Shown here: one piece after another, positions 11,057 through 21,551 of the stretch
Layout: each line of letters opens with the position of its first letter
Numbering within the stretch: the stretch's first letter is position 1
Origin: a virus
Taxonomy: Duplodnaviria > Caudoviricetes
Strand: one strand, 5' to 3'
IMG/VR virus record: IMGVR_UViG_3300027823_000007
Coordinates: 1-62,595 of that record
Length of the DNA: 62,595 nt
Program-made: the position numbers and the translations under genes
The notes under the pieces: generated by a model
Told to the model about the DNA's origin: nothing
The model's database searches: none
Seen by the model: the letters and a program-made list of their open reading frames with translations, nothing else

Positions 11057-11201
11057 AGCTTTGAGTTGCTATGTAGTACCCCAGCCCCCCCTCACTAGAC
11101 CCCCCCTTCAGATTATTTCTTAATAGCAACTTCAAGTTAGAAGCAAGATTAATTAATATAATGAATGAAGTTAAAGCAATTTTTGTTTTAAGAAGTTTTT
11201 A

Positions 11202-11279
11202 CAAAGTTTTGCTAAAGTTTTGCTAAAGTTTTGCTAAAGTTTTGCTAAAGTTTCTTAAAGTTTCTTAAAGTTTTGCTAA
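11202..11279 (+). repeat. 10-11-bp tandem repeat AAAGTTTTGCT/AAAGTTTCTT
   Basis: About 7 units in an AT-rich tract bracketed by two C-rich TACCCCAGC...CTAGACCCCCCC motifs. Confidence 0.85.
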
Positions 11280-11593
11280 TTAATCATGATTAATCTTGAT
11301 TATAAAACTTTGAAGCTAGCATCATAAATCATTATAAATTTAGCTTGAAAAGTGCTACCCCAGCATACCCCCCTAGACCCCCCCTCTGAGCATTTTTTAA
11401 AACTAGGAAAATTTAGCATACTGAAGCTACATTAAAGCAAAGCAAAGCAAAAGTAAAAAAGCCAAAATGTTTAAAATATTTTTGATAAAAAACATTGCCC
11501 AACTGTTAATGGTAGAGTCCGGTTATTTCTGTAGCGTCCTATTAAAATGCAGCCAGAGAATGACCCGGCTGCAATTTATTTACCTGCGAGTGA

Positions 11594-12307
11594 CTAGATA
11601 CAGAAAAGCTTTGAAATTGCCTCTAAAACTTCAGGTACATCATAGTACCATTCACGAGTACCTATAACGCGGTAAGGCTTTAGAAAGTCATGTGCTACAG
11701 TCTCGCAGAGTTGGGAGTTGACGGGAAATAATGCGATCGGAATTAAGAACGGGTTGCTCGATCGATGCTGACTCAAGCGAGCGTCCGGGTCGGAAGTAAA
11801 GCCCAATTTAATTATCTGATGGCCTTTGTCACGCAACACATAAACGTAGCCATTTATTACCGGAATCCGACCGTCTATCTCAAAGCTTTTCTCCATTATT
11901 TGACTATTAGCTGCGATCGTCTCTGTGGCGACGCTCTCGCAGCGTTCAGCACTGAAAACAGCCGATAAATAGACAACACCAATAAACGGAAGAGAGGCGA
12001 CCCCATCACACGTTTTTTGTTGTGTAACATTTTTGCTATAGCTTGCTGAACTCTTAAACTCTGCTAATTTAGGACAAGCTTTAATTGCCTTTGACCACCA
12101 TCCCTCGACATTGTAGGGCTTGGGTTGTTTGAGTAAAAAGGCGACAACTTGACCAAGCGGATATTGATTACGATCGGGTGCTGTTGACTGCTTTATTTTA
12201 CCAATTGCTACGGCGACCTTAAAATGTCCTGTTAGCGATTCGATGTCGGCGATCGAAACGCGAAAACCGTCTGCCACAAGTTGCTGCTGTACTGTTATAA
12301 TGTCCAT
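11594..12307 (-). CDS. GIY-YIG/T5orf172-like domain protein
   Basis: GYVYVL...IKLGFTSDPDARLSQH...E...H...EWY. Confidence 0.75.
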   Translation of the reverse strand: MDIITVQQQLVADGFRVSIADIESLTGHFKVAVAIGKIKQSTAPDRNQYPLGQVVAFLLKQPKPYNVEGWWSKAIKACPKLAEFKSSASYSKNVTQQKTCDGVASLPFIGVVYLSAVFSAERCESVATETIAANSQIMEKSFEIDGRIPVINGYVYVLRDKGHQIIKLGFTSDPDARLSQHRSSNPFLIPIALFPVNSQLCETVAHDFLKPYRVIGTREWYYDVPEVLEAISKLFCI

Positions 12308-12751
12308 AAGTCGAGTCCTAATTGAGTAGGGTTAGATTTTGGGCGGGTAGTCTCTAGTTATCCCGTCCTTATTATTATACTATAATATTTTAGTTTATCC
12401 GGTAGATTCTCCTACTTTTGCCCCGATCGCCATTAATTTGCTCTGCCTCCGGTGTCAGATTATGGGGATTATAGGGCATTCTGACACCGAGTTTTTAAAA
12501 TAGCTGTAATCGTTACTGCATATAGGTTTAAGCCTGTCACAGACCGCTATATAGTATATAAATATGACTAATATCCTATGACTTTTCCCCTATGTGCGAC
12601 AGCGGGCGATCGAGCGAAAAGGTGTCGATCGCCCCGACCAAAAATATTTTTTTTATTTTTTTCGGATTCTGGGAGATACTATGGTATAGTTAGATAGTTA
12701 GACAGTTAGACAGAAGCAAACAGAACTAAACAGAACTAAACGGATCTAAAC

Positions 12752-13789
12752 ATGACTAAGCAAACAGGATTTTTAACCTTTCGGCTAGGCGTTCAAATTG
12801 TATACTGCAACCGCACCAAAGGCGGGTTATGGTTTACAGTCTCAAATGGTGAACCTGTAAAGGTTGACGCGGTAAGCTTTCAAAGCAAAGCTGGAGGTCT
12901 GCGGGGTTTAAGCATCTATGAAGCGAATCGCGGCGGTAAAGACGGCTGGAAAGTCGGATTATTGCTAGAGGATGAAAACAGCCAAGTTTACAAGTTTGAG
13001 ACGGGATCAGGAACAAGCTTTGCACGTGGGATGTTGTGGGCAATGGCAAGCCTGAGTCCTGAGCAAGCGCAAAACGGACAGATAGGGATTAATCCGACAC
13101 CCGCCGATCCCGCAAAAACAAAATCGGCAAACCCTGGCAGTATTTTATACTGCAATATGCTGTGTGATGGTGTCGAATTGCCGTTTTTTATGGGGGAAGG
13201 TCGCCCGGACTGGCAACAAATAGCACAAATAGCTCTAAGTAACGCTAACAGATGCGATTATCCGATCGCAGAGATCCCCGCATCTTGGGTATTCAGCGAT
13301 GATGAAGGCAAAAGTTATAGCCAGCCATCAGTTGCCACAAAATCGGGTTTTAGTGGTCAAACGCCACAAACCGGGCGATCGGGCATAACGTACCCTAACG
13401 CGCCGTTAAGAGCTCAAGAACCCGCTCAAGAACCCGCTGCCGAGTCTTTTGATGAAGTGAAAACGATCAATTTTATCGGTGGACTTTACAGCGAGTTTAT
13501 GGAGAAGATTGAGTCTGCGTATAAGTTAAATGCAGTCACGATCGATAGCGAACGAATGGCTAAATTTTTAGAACGCGCAAAAGTTTTGACTTTTGACGAG
13601 TTAAGTCTTACCCGCAAGAATCAGATCACGGTTAGCCTGGCGATCGAGCTGATGAAAATTCAAGCACCCAAACACGCGGCGATCGAGCAACTCGAAAAAA
13701 TGCTTAACGTAGCACCTTTGACGATCGACCATTTTGACACTTTAAGAACGATCGTAGACCAAGCATTCTCAGAGTTAGTCCCGTTCTAG
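12752..13789 (+). CDS. Hypothetical protein (possibly ssDNA-binding or recombination)
   Basis: 345-aa ORF with its own TGGTATAGT promoter; ends in PF; function is a guess. Confidence 0.5.
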   Translation: MTKQTGFLTFRLGVQIVYCNRTKGGLWFTVSNGEPVKVDAVSFQSKAGGLRGLSIYEANRGGKDGWKVGLLLEDENSQVYKFETGSGTSFARGMLWAMASLSPEQAQNGQIGINPTPADPAKTKSANPGSILYCNMLCDGVELPFFMGEGRPDWQQIAQIALSNANRCDYPIAEIPASWVFSDDEGKSYSQPSVATKSGFSGQTPQTGRSGITYPNAPLRAQEPAQEPAAESFDEVKTINFIGGLYSEFMEKIESAYKLNAVTIDSERMAKFLERAKVLTFDELSLTRKNQITVSLAIELMKIQAPKHAAIEQLEKMLNVAPLTIDHFDTLRTIVDQAFSELVPF

Positions 13790-13907
13790 TAATCCCAGTG
13801 TTGGGAATTAATTAATAACTGAGGCGATCGTGACTAAAATCTCGATCGCTTTTGTTCTATTCTGTGTTACTTTTAGGGATATTCGCAATCAATTTCAGTT
13901 AAAACTC

Positions 13908-14390
13908 ATGAGGAATAAAGATCCGTTTTTGCGGAGGTTGCACCCAAAACTAACCGATGAGCAATGCTGCATGATGGTCGCAATGCGAGATGTCTTAGGC
14001 ATTAAAGCGGCCGAAAATCACTTTCACATACCAGGAAAGAAACAAATACCTATTAGTGAGAGAGTCAAAACATCGCCGCATTTAGATGCGGTTTACTGGC
14101 AGTACAGAAATTCGATCGCGAAAAAGTGGATGAATCAATTAGGCGAAACAATGTCCGCAACACTTGCTAAAATCACTGAGACGATCGGGGAAGATGAGAT
14201 TAATTTGCTACAGTTGCGAGAGCTTGTAAGGGCCGCAGAGGTATTAGGTGATATATCAGTCAGTGCCACGGCGATCGCGCCAGACGGTATCGAATTAGAT
14301 GCGGTTAAGCATGAAATTATAGATGTGACAGACGACTCAGAGCAATATTTGTTACCAGCTAGCAAGGTAGAAAACGATGCCATTAGCTAA
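13908..14390 (+). CDS. Probable terminase small subunit
   Basis: Helical ~160-aa ORF overlapping the terL start; called by position. Confidence 0.5.
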   Translation: MRNKDPFLRRLHPKLTDEQCCMMVAMRDVLGIKAAENHFHIPGKKQIPISERVKTSPHLDAVYWQYRNSIAKKWMNQLGETMSATLAKITETIGEDEINLLQLRELVRAAEVLGDISVSATAIAPDGIELDAVKHEIIDVTDDSEQYLLPASKVENDAIS

Positions 14391-15813
14391 AGCCTTGCAG
14401 TTAAGAAAAATGGCAGAAATCGCCAGAGGGAAACGGCAAAAATTTGCAGATTTCCCATCACCACACCCTAAGCAAGCGCTGGCACTCAAAAGTAAAGCAG
14501 AAGTTTTATTGTTTGGAGGCGGCGCGGGGCCCGGGAAGACTACATGGTTACTTTGGGACGCTGCAAAACATATTGATAATGGCATTTACAGCGCCGTTAT
14601 TTTACGTAGGACATACCCAGAAATATGCAATGAGGGTGGATTGTGGGATGAGTCTCAGAGATGGTATCCGTTAAAGGGGGCGACCGCGCATCAGACGCGG
14701 CTAGAATGGACTTTCCCCAGCGGTGCTACAATCAGATTCTCGCATTTGCAGCACGAAAAAAACGTCAATAACTGGCAAGGTGCACAATTACCCTACGTAG
14801 GTTTTGATGAGGTAACACATTTTACTAAAAAGCAATTTTTCTATCTGCTTTCTAGGTTACGATCGCCCCACGGTTTCGAGCCAAAAATGAGAGCAACTTG
14901 CAACCCTGATGCTGATAGCTGGGTAGCTGAATTAGTTGATTGGTGGATAGGTGCAGACGGTTATGCAGACCCCAAAAAAGCGGGGAAAATAAGGTTTTTT
15001 ATAGTAGTTGATGATATTATCCTTTGGGGAGATACGAAACAGGAATTGCAGATAAAATATCCGGGTTGCCTACCTAAAAGCTTTACATTTATTGGTGCAA
15101 CAGTAGAGGATAATCCGACATTGCTAAAAGCAGATCCGGGTTATCTGGCGAACTTACAAGCTCAGAACTCAGTTGATCGCGATCGGCTCTTATATGGCAA
15201 CTGGCACATTAAAAAAGCAGAGTCTATGCTATTTGATGTCGAGGCTGTTGATGCTTGCGCGATCGGTAACTATGCCTCACCTATTCACAATCGCCGCTAT
15301 CTGTGGGGGATCGATCCTAACTATGGCGGGGATGATTACTTCACGGCTCAGGCTTGGGATGTATCCACAGTGCCCTATAATCTGGCTTATGAGTACCGCA
15401 AAAACAAAACACCAGTATCGACATCGATTAGGGCTTTAATTCCGTTTATAAGACGATATCCCCCGCTAATAATGGGGGTAGAAATAAATTCAGGAGGCAA
15501 GGTGATAGCCGAAAGCTTAGCCGAAAAAATGCCTGATATCCGTATCCAAGGCATATTATCAACTAAGTCGAGTAAAATTATTAATACTGACAGATTAAAG
15601 CTATTTGTAGAGGAAAATGCAATAAATTACCCTAAAACTTGGGAGGGGGTAGAAGAGTTTAAAAAGTTTTCAAAAGACGATCGGCGCGCTGTTTCCGGTC
15701 ATGATGACACAGTGATGGCGGCGGCTAGCGCTTTTGCTTGTTTTGACTTGGTACACACTAGAGATCCGATAGTCCCTAGTGTTGGTGTACAGTTTGCCCA
15801 TCCCACATTTTAA
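14377..15813 (+). CDS. terL: Terminase large subunit
   Basis: GGGAGPGKT, ILRRTYPE, VGFDE, ATCNP, GIDP, HDDTVMA. Confidence 0.93.
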   Translation: MPLAKALQLRKMAEIARGKRQKFADFPSPHPKQALALKSKAEVLLFGGGAGPGKTTWLLWDAAKHIDNGIYSAVILRRTYPEICNEGGLWDESQRWYPLKGATAHQTRLEWTFPSGATIRFSHLQHEKNVNNWQGAQLPYVGFDEVTHFTKKQFFYLLSRLRSPHGFEPKMRATCNPDADSWVAELVDWWIGADGYADPKKAGKIRFFIVVDDIILWGDTKQELQIKYPGCLPKSFTFIGATVEDNPTLLKADPGYLANLQAQNSVDRDRLLYGNWHIKKAESMLFDVEAVDACAIGNYASPIHNRRYLWGIDPNYGGDDYFTAQAWDVSTVPYNLAYEYRKNKTPVSTSIRALIPFIRRYPPLIMGVEINSGGKVIAESLAEKMPDIRIQGILSTKSSKIINTDRLKLFVEENAINYPKTWEGVEEFKKFSKDDRRAVSGHDDTVMAAASAFACFDLVHTRDPIVPSVGVQFAHPTF

Positions 15814-16148
15814 TCATTAGCTTCTGGGTATTTTGCGGGATCTTCCTCCATCGAAAAACAATCAATTATGATTTTTTGCCCGTAGTTTTTGAGGATTTCA
15901 CCGGTTAAGATTACTTCATCACCTTCTTTACAGGGTGAGGGAAAACCGTGAGATTTATAATACTCTCGATTGTCGGCAGGTTGTCGCGTGACTACTAGCA
16001 GAGTCTGCACAAATTCGATAAATAAGCCTTCCTTGGTAACTAAATGATACTTAGTTCCTGCGTGACGATTGAATGTTCCAGACTCCGAATAATATGCGGT
16101 ATCTGTTATTTCCCGTTTAACGATCGTAGCCGTCCAAGTTTGTAACAT
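15810..16148 (-). CDS. Hypothetical protein (possible OB fold)
   Basis: ORF in a minus-strand three-gene insertion between terL and portal. Confidence 0.55.
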   Translation of the reverse strand: MLQTWTATIVKREITDTAYYSESGTFNRHAGTKYHLVTKEGLFIEFVQTLLVVTRQPADNREYYKSHGFPSPCKEGDEVILTGEILKNYGQKIIIDCFSMEEDPAKYPEAND

Positions 16149-16163
16149 GATGTTTTCTAGTTT

Positions 16164-16427
16164 TTACTGAAGATAAACGTAAAAAATGTGTTTGCTACTG
16201 AAGACTGAGAGCAATCGCTTACGATCGTACTTGTCATCCCATACTATTGTAGCGGTGCCCATTACTCTATCGACTGCGATCGACTCGATTGTCGCACCCC
16301 CTTGAGAAATTCCAACAAACACCCGATCGCCCGGTTTCAATTCCCACGATTTTAGATCTTGAAAGCATTCATTAGGATTTGTCAGAGCGATCGGCTGAAA
16401 CCATTTCTTTACAATTTCTGGTATCAT
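16164..16427 (-). CDS. Small KOW/SH3-like hypothetical protein
   Basis: LKPGDRV motif; resembles 32505-32801. Confidence 0.5.
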   Translation of the reverse strand: MIPEIVKKWFQPIALTNPNECFQDLKSWELKPGDRVFVGISQGGATIESIAVDRVMGTATIVWDDKYDRKRLLSVFSSKHIFYVYLQ

Positions 16428-16461
16428 GAGGTATATCCTGTGTGTGCAGATGGGTAATACG

Positions 16462-16704
16462 CTATTTCAAAGTAGGCCAACTTTGGTCATTCTTTGGGGG
16501 AACAATAAAGAGGACTTGATCCTCTGTGCCAGATTTTAGGCTAATTGAGCCTGTGCGTGTATCTTGACTGTAGACCCTCCAAGTCGGGCGATCGGGTGTG
16601 CTTGGTACAATGTCTAGCACGGTTGTAACAATGCCATCAGTGATAAGCTCATCGCCTACTTTTAGAGTCTCAAATGTTCTTACTCTTTTTATTGTGTTAT
16701 ACAT
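16462..16704 (-). CDS. Small hypothetical protein
   Basis: LKVGDE motif; promoter-like TAGTGTAGT upstream. Confidence 0.5.
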   Translation of the reverse strand: MYNTIKRVRTFETLKVGDELITDGIVTTVLDIVPSTPDRPTWRVYSQDTRTGSISLKSGTEDQVLFIVPPKNDQSWPTLK

Positions 16705-16784
16705 CTCTTAGCACTTGTTCCTCAAGGTCTACTACACTATAGCATACTATCCAGGAATTCCCAACACTGGGATTAATCACAATT

Positions 16785-17933
16785 ATGCAGACTGAAGCCC
16801 TAACACCATTAGTTTCGCTTATAAGTCAGAGTTTAGGCTATGGCGAATCCTCTTCTCACTGGTTCAAAAATGGCTGGTCTACCAGTACGTCGGGCGGTTA
16901 CGGGAATAACTACGTTAATGACTACGCCACTATGCTTAAGCAGCCTTGGATCGCCGCTGCGGCTAAGGTTCGCATTTTATTAATGCTGTCATACTTGCAG
17001 GAATACTCGCATGATGACCCGAAAATTCAGCAAGATATTCTAAAGCAAATTGAAGATTTACCAGGTAGTTTCAAAACTCATCAAAGCAAGATTGCCTCAT
17101 CAATTTATTACGGATTTTCTATTACTGAAAAATGGCACGAAGTCAGGGCAAGAAAAGCAGTAATAGCGGGATTGAATTGGGTTGATCCGCGGTTTATAAA
17201 ATTTAAACTGAGAGACGATTTAACCCTAGAAACTAGGTTTAAAAAAGGTGAGTTAGATATTGAATTAACCGATTTTTTGCATATAAAAAATGAAGAGTGC
17301 TTTAACTTAGGGAATAATCCGGCGGGTGTTGCTACGCTAGCAAGGGCGATCCCATTTTGGGAACAATACAGGTTAGTGATGCTTTCAATGGCGATCGCAG
17401 CGCAACGGCAAGCAACGCCGCTATTAGTTGGAAAGAGTAACGCCGGAACCGATGAGGCAGCAAAAATTATGCTAGAAAAGTTAGAAGAGGCCCGCAACAG
17501 CGGGGTAATGGTAATCGACGCGCTTGATGAAATTTTGGCGATCGCGCAACAGACGGACGGCGCTTTTTTTGTTTCAGTTTTAAGACTACTCAGGCAAGGA
17601 ATTTTGATGAGTTTTTTAATACCTGAGACAATTTTAGGACAAGGGGAATCCGGGTCGGGCGACTCGAATTTAAACAGCGGACACACTGAGATATTAAGAA
17701 TGGCTAGCCGTACCGATGCGGGTATTTTTGGGGAGGAATTGGTAGAGCAACTAATCCGCCCGATTATCCAGTTTAATTATGGTGATATTGGGAATTGGGG
17801 GAAATTCCCATTGAGAATTGACGAACCGCGCGATCCTAACGGGTTAATTACCGCGCTACAGAAAACTGTTGAAAATTCGATCCTAGATGCTGAGACTGTC
17901 GGAAGTCGAATTGCAGAATTGGCTGGCATTTAG
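16785..17933 (+). CDS. Portal protein (DUF935/Mu gp29-like)
   Basis: YYGFSITEK, ATPLLVGK, LVEQLIRPIIQFNYG; lies between terL and the protease. Confidence 0.85.
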   Translation: MQTEALTPLVSLISQSLGYGESSSHWFKNGWSTSTSGGYGNNYVNDYATMLKQPWIAAAAKVRILLMLSYLQEYSHDDPKIQQDILKQIEDLPGSFKTHQSKIASSIYYGFSITEKWHEVRARKAVIAGLNWVDPRFIKFKLRDDLTLETRFKKGELDIELTDFLHIKNEECFNLGNNPAGVATLARAIPFWEQYRLVMLSMAIAAQRQATPLLVGKSNAGTDEAAKIMLEKLEEARNSGVMVIDALDEILAIAQQTDGAFFVSVLRLLRQGILMSFLIPETILGQGESGSGDSNLNSGHTEILRMASRTDAGIFGEELVEQLIRPIIQFNYGDIGNWGKFPLRIDEPRDPNGLITALQKTVENSILDAETVGSRIAELAGI

Positions 17934-18058
17934 CGGGGCGATCGCCCGATCGCCCGACCTGTTTTGATATTGGGGTAAAATCGTTACTGTGTATAGGCTT
18001 GAGTCTGTCACAGAAGACTATATATTATAAAAATACCAGTACATTCTGTGACTCCCTA

Positions 18059-18292
18059 TTAAAGCCAGAGGTCGCCAACCCGCTCTAAAGGGCGATCGGG
18101 TTGGAAATTGTCGGAGTGCGATCGGCGGTGGTGCAACCGATGCACCGATGCGCTAGAACATACCTCTAAATTGTCGTAGCTATTGTCCTCTGTATTGCCG
18201 TTTAAATGGTGTACGACCTCTCCTTTTCTCAGTTGACGGCAGATTGTCCGTTCTGCAATGACCCGGTGTAAATAGACGATTTTGTAAGGCAT
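18059..18292 (-). CDS. HNH endonuclease (minimal)
   Basis: YLHRVIA...EVVHHLNGNTEDNSYDNL...HRLHH. Confidence 0.8.
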   Translation of the reverse strand: MPYKIVYLHRVIAERTICRQLRKGEVVHHLNGNTEDNSYDNLEVCSSASVHRLHHRRSHSDNFQPDRPLERVGDLWL

Positions 18293-18534
18293 ATTAGCGT
18301 TCTCAACATTTTTTATATTGTAGCACCGCCCGATCGCCCCGACCTGTTCTGATATTGGGGCAAAATCGTTACTGTGTATAGGTTTGAGCTAGTCATAGAA
18401 CAATATATATTATAAAAATAGCAGTATGTCCTGTGACTTCCCCTATTATACTCATTGGCGATCGCGCTGTAATTGCGATTAATGTGCTATCTTTTAAAGG
18501 ATTAATGATATTCCCAACACTGGGATTTTGTGAT

Positions 18535-19617
18535 ATGACTATGAATTATCGTGATGTGTCTGAGACGATCGCGGGGATCGATACTGAGGGAATAAAAACA
18601 CTAGAATTTAGCTTTGCTAGTAGTATCCCACATCGCCGTATGGACTGGGAAAGATGGGAAATAGTTGATGAGATTTTAGATTGTAGGGAAGAGGCAATTA
18701 AGGGCGATCGGCTTAATTCGGGTTTAATCCAGTTTTTGTGGAATCATGATCCGGATCAGGTTCGCGGTGTTATTAGTTCGATTAAATGGGAGGGAGATCG
18801 AGGTTTAGCAGTAGCCAAGATGTCGCGATCGGCTGCTACAGAGGAATTATATCAAAATGTCAAAGACGGCATTATAAAGGGAATTAGTGTAGGCTATCGA
18901 GTGTATAAACATGAGGTATTGAGTAATGCAGTTTGGGAAGGTGATGAATGGGATTCTAAATTAGTCAGCCCCAAAAAAGTAAAAGCGATCGAATGGGAAA
19001 TTTTCGAGATCAGTGCAGTTTCTATTCCGGCAGATGCTACAGTAGGAATAGGGCGCGCCGATCGCGGTCTTCCTGAGAATTTACAGCAAATTATCAAAGC
19101 GGTCGGAGTACAAAAAGTTAAGGAAGCTTTAGAAAAAATGACAGAAAGAGTAGACGATATCAAAAGAGACCCGGCATACTTGGATCTAGATGATAAGTAC
19201 AGACAATCACAGGCTGACTTAATCACACACAAGGCAGAGAATGAGGCTTTAAAGACGCAGGTGCTAGTTTTGCAAGCGTCAGTATCAAAATATCAGAAAG
19301 ATGCTGAGATTAGCCAAAAATACGCTAGTCTGAGATCGGATGCTGAAGGTTTGGTTAGTGAGACTAAAATGCCAAGTCATGAGTTTGATGAGTTATTTGC
19401 TCGATCGCTTGCGGACTTTCTGGTAACACCGGATGCTACGGCAGAATTAAGAGCGATCGAGATTGTAGTCAATATGGCTAAAAAGCGATCGGCTGCACTA
19501 AACAAAAAAAGCTCAAAAATACCCCCAGAAATGCCAGATGATACGATCGCAGCAAAAAGCGATCTAGCTGACACTAACGAAGCAATCATCAGCTATGAGA
19601 ATGCTTGGAAACAATAA
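18535..19617 (+). CDS. Prohead protease with scaffold-like coiled-coil C-terminus
   Basis: FLWNHD, GISVGY, EISAVSIPAD (HK97-type protease motifs). Confidence 0.9.
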   Translation: MTMNYRDVSETIAGIDTEGIKTLEFSFASSIPHRRMDWERWEIVDEILDCREEAIKGDRLNSGLIQFLWNHDPDQVRGVISSIKWEGDRGLAVAKMSRSAATEELYQNVKDGIIKGISVGYRVYKHEVLSNAVWEGDEWDSKLVSPKKVKAIEWEIFEISAVSIPADATVGIGRADRGLPENLQQIIKAVGVQKVKEALEKMTERVDDIKRDPAYLDLDDKYRQSQADLITHKAENEALKTQVLVLQASVSKYQKDAEISQKYASLRSDAEGLVSETKMPSHEFDELFARSLADFLVTPDATAELRAIEIVVNMAKKRSAALNKKSSKIPPEMPDDTIAAKSDLADTNEAIISYENAWKQ

Positions 19618-19635
19618 AACCCAGAGGATCTATCA

Positions 19636-20094
19636 ATGCCTGAGTTATCTAACACAATTGTTGCGGGCGAGTTGGCAATGTCAGGACAAGAGGACAGCGC
19701 ACGGACTGCCTACAACGCAGAGGCTGTCGCAGCGATCAAACCCGGTTACTTTGTGGCGATCGCGACTGCTTTAGAAGGCAATCTAGAACGCCGTGGGGTG
19801 ATTTTACCAGTCAATGCTAATTCTATTATTGTGGGAGCTTGCAAGCGCTGGTATTTGAAGGACGAGCACCCGCCCAAGGATCAGGTCGCGTATTATTTCC
19901 GTGGTGTAATAGGAGTGCTAGTTGTCGCAGCCGTGAAAGCTGGCGACCCTGTATTCACAATATTTACTCCTGGTTTGACACAAGGTCAAGCTACAAACGT
20001 AGCAGGCGCTAATGCGGTATTAGTACCTAACGCTCGATTCTTATCTACGATCGGCGCGGATAAAGTGGCAATTTGTTCGCTCAATTTGCCTTAA
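19636..20094 (+). CDS. Head decoration/cement protein
   Basis: 152 aa between protease and capsid; VKAGDPVF motif. Confidence 0.7.
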   Translation: MPELSNTIVAGELAMSGQEDSARTAYNAEAVAAIKPGYFVAIATALEGNLERRGVILPVNANSIIVGACKRWYLKDEHPPKDQVAYYFRGVIGVLVVAAVKAGDPVFTIFTPGLTQGQATNVAGANAVLVPNARFLSTIGADKVAICSLNLP

Positions 20095-20155
20095 TTCCCA
20101 ACATTTCAAAGCTCAGTTATTAATCCCAACAATGGGAGTTTAGAGAGGTCTGACA

Positions 20156-21121
20156 ATGGCAGTTTCTGCATTATGGCAATACATAGCCGAAGGTTTAGAA
20201 ATTCGGAATAACTACCGATTTCCTCAATATCCTTTTGAGAATGGAACACTGATCCCTACTACGGGCGATCTCCCCCCGGGGAAAGATGAGGTCGGCGCGA
20301 TCTTTATGGGTGGAAACTTAGGGGAAGAAGCAATCCTATTAGCACCAGGCGCTGCCGATATCCCGTTAACCCCCGTTACTTTAACTACAGATAATTATCC
20401 TGTTGTAATGGCAGCAAAAGGATATTCTGTAATGTGGCAAGAGGCTCGGACACAAGACGCGCTAAGAATCAGGCAATTAGTAGAAAACCGGAAAATTGAC
20501 ATAGTTCGGTCTGAGATAGCTAAACGTCTAAACAGGTTTGCGGCGATCGGGGAACCTGTTCTAGGTTATACCGGGTTATATAATAACCCTAACGTTAGTT
20601 TTACCCTGTCAGCTTTCAACCCTAATACTGCGACTTATGCTCAGTGGGTTGAATTTCTGATTGATACTATCCTAAGCGCCGGATTAAGTGCCGATGGGGA
20701 GACAGTTTTAGAGCCTGACACGATTTTATTATCTCCAAGAATGCGGGTATTAGCGTCGCGAATAATGAACCCTCAAAATGGCGATGTTTCAGCTTTAGAC
20801 GCTGCGATCGAGCAACTGGGAACCTCTCCTGCGGGTAATTCTGCTAGTTTCATCCGATCGCCATTTAGTTCGAGCGATATTCTCGAAAAATATGGAGTTC
20901 GACCGGGCGTGACTAACCGCGATCGGATGGTTGTTTACACGAGAGATCCCGCGGTAGTCAGTCGCCGGATCGAGTCTACAGTTGCTCAGTTAGTTGATGA
21001 GCAATTTTTAGCACCAACACAAGGATTAACTAGAATCTTCCCGTTTTTCTCGTGTTCATCAGGCACAATGATTCACGATCCGGCTGGCATTAAATATATT
21101 GATGTTGTTGAAGCTGTTTAG
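20156..21121 (+). CDS. Major capsid protein (DUF2184/encapsulin-like HK97 fold)
   Basis: AIGEPVLGYTGLYNNPNV, PDTILLSP, DRMVVY, GTMIHDPAGIKYID. Confidence 0.85.
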   Translation: MAVSALWQYIAEGLEIRNNYRFPQYPFENGTLIPTTGDLPPGKDEVGAIFMGGNLGEEAILLAPGAADIPLTPVTLTTDNYPVVMAAKGYSVMWQEARTQDALRIRQLVENRKIDIVRSEIAKRLNRFAAIGEPVLGYTGLYNNPNVSFTLSAFNPNTATYAQWVEFLIDTILSAGLSADGETVLEPDTILLSPRMRVLASRIMNPQNGDVSALDAAIEQLGTSPAGNSASFIRSPFSSSDILEKYGVRPGVTNRDRMVVYTRDPAVVSRRIESTVAQLVDEQFLAPTQGLTRIFPFFSCSSGTMIHDPAGIKYIDVVEAV

Positions 21122-21162
21122 GTTTTGCCGGGATTAATCGATTAACAAATAACTCAAAAACC

Positions 21163-21549
21163 ATGCCACAAGTCGTAATATTCTACCCTGAGAGATGTTT
21201 GCCAGCAATGAAACCGGGTGTAGTTCTATCGTTTGACAAGATCGCGCTAGTCGCTGGCACAAATGCACTAGACGAAACCAAGATCCAACAGCTACAAGAG
21301 CATCCGGATTATCAAAGATTTTCTAAGCTGAAAGCGATCGAGGTTGTACAGCAGTCAGAGACAATCGATCCGATGGCTAATACTGAAATTATAGATCTTG
21401 GCTCTTACGCAATAGAGGAAGCGGCAACCGTAATTAATTCGACTGTGGATTTAATGGTGCTTGACGCTTGGCTAAAAACAGAGCAGAGAAAATCAGTAAG
21501 AACCTCGATCGCAACCCGGATCAATCAGCTAAAACAAGGCTTAGCTTGA
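21163..21549 (+). CDS. Post-capsid hypothetical protein
   Basis: C-terminal EQRKSVRTSIATRI motif; position after the capsid gene. Confidence 0.6.
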   Translation: MPQVVIFYPERCLPAMKPGVVLSFDKIALVAGTNALDETKIQQLQEHPDYQRFSKLKAIEVVQQSETIDPMANTEIIDLGSYAIEEAATVINSTVDLMVLDAWLKTEQRKSVRTSIATRINQLKQGLA

Positions 21550-21551
21550 AC

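Noticed and set aside
10561-11098. ORFs 10561-10908, 10571-10897 and 10847-11098 (LALPC, IIKKILSRKYYQEN repeats)
   Set aside because: They are translations of satellite DNA whose main periods (5 and 14) are not codon multiples; no RBS or domain.
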